Shown here piece by piece: positions 63,697 to 64,000 of a DNA stretch of 64,000 bases. Location of the stretch: positions 26,911 through 90,910 of IMG/VR virus record IMGVR_UViG_3300012953_000020, one strand, 5' to 3'. Below the pieces are notes generated by a model. That model did no database searches. It was not told the DNA's origin and worked only from the letters and a program-made list of their open reading frames with translations. A program made the position numbers and the translations under genes. Each line of letters begins with the position of its first letter. The stretch's first letter is position 1. Source of the DNA: a virus.

Positions 63697-64000
63697 CTAT
63701 TTTATCCCCGTTGCTCTCTTAAAATCTTCTACGTTAATTGCTTTATCATCAACCAAGAGATCATAGTGAGGCTTCTTATTCATTATAAGTTCGTGATACC
63801 TGAAACCCCAACGTTGTAATTGCTCTATGGTTAAAGTGGTATGGTCAATTCCTGAACGACAACCCCTAGCAGTAAAGAACATTATCTTGTGACCCTCTTC
63901 ATAGAGCTCGTTTATTTTTTCTAGCATCTCAGGAAATGGTTGGGCATTCTTATAGTTGCTGTTTTCTGTTAAAGAGCAAATTGTGCCATCTATATCAAAA
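63697..64000 (-). CDS. Small HAD-family phosphatase (EcbF/BcbF capsule-biosynthesis type), 5' end off the window edge
   Basis: The frame continues upstream of the track's start as FDIDGTICSLTENSNYKNAQPFPE; also has FTARG and KP.YDL.VDDKA. Confidence 0.88.
   Translation of the reverse strand, partial: FDIDGTICSLTENSNYKNAQPFPEMLEKINELYEEGHKIMFFTARGCRSGIDHTTLTIEQLQRWGFRYHELIMNKKPHYDLLVDDKAINVEDFKRATGIK

Noticed and set aside
54999-64000. Bacterial capsule/O-antigen locus (cellular origin of the window)
   Set aside because: No wzx/wzy/ABC export or housekeeping genes; contiguous and co-oriented with a phage sigma factor and baseplate genes. A cellular contractile injection system is not formally excluded, but the nuclease, sigma factor and promoter motif favour a phage.
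1-64000. tRNA/rRNA genes or an alternative genetic code
   Set aside because: Intergenic gaps are under 200 nt with no cloverleaf seen; very long ORFs under the standard code end in TAA, TAG and TGA.

Overview
64 kb of a large (probably jumbo) contractile-tailed phage genome. Every credible gene is on the minus strand and tightly packed, often with overlapping stop/start codons. In transcription order (right to left) the window holds three blocks. (1) A sugar-modification locus: HAD phosphatase, three GT4-like glycosyltransferases, an SIS+HAD fusion, a GT29/sialyltransferase-like protein, a CMP-ulosonate synthetase, fcl and gmd, with an embedded Cas4/RecB-like nuclease. (2) A phage sigma factor. 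(3) A T4-like baseplate/fibre cluster: gp5-like hub, gp25, gp6, gp7-like, giant LamG-containing proteins of 2266, 1253 and 5220 aa, and three fibre genes. The most striking signal is a set of small in-frame 'plug-in' domain families (~55-150 aa). They recur across at least five structural genes and are inserted into loops of the host proteins and into each other. An adjacent uninterrupted paralog (622 aa vs 1675 aa) shows the empty sites directly. Other signals are a candidate virion glycosylation system with a recurring [ST]-[GAS]-S motif and an ATA[ACT]TTA late-promoter motif, twice positioned for leaderless mRNAs. Family assignments come from motif recognition by eye; no database search was run, and module boundaries are approximate.
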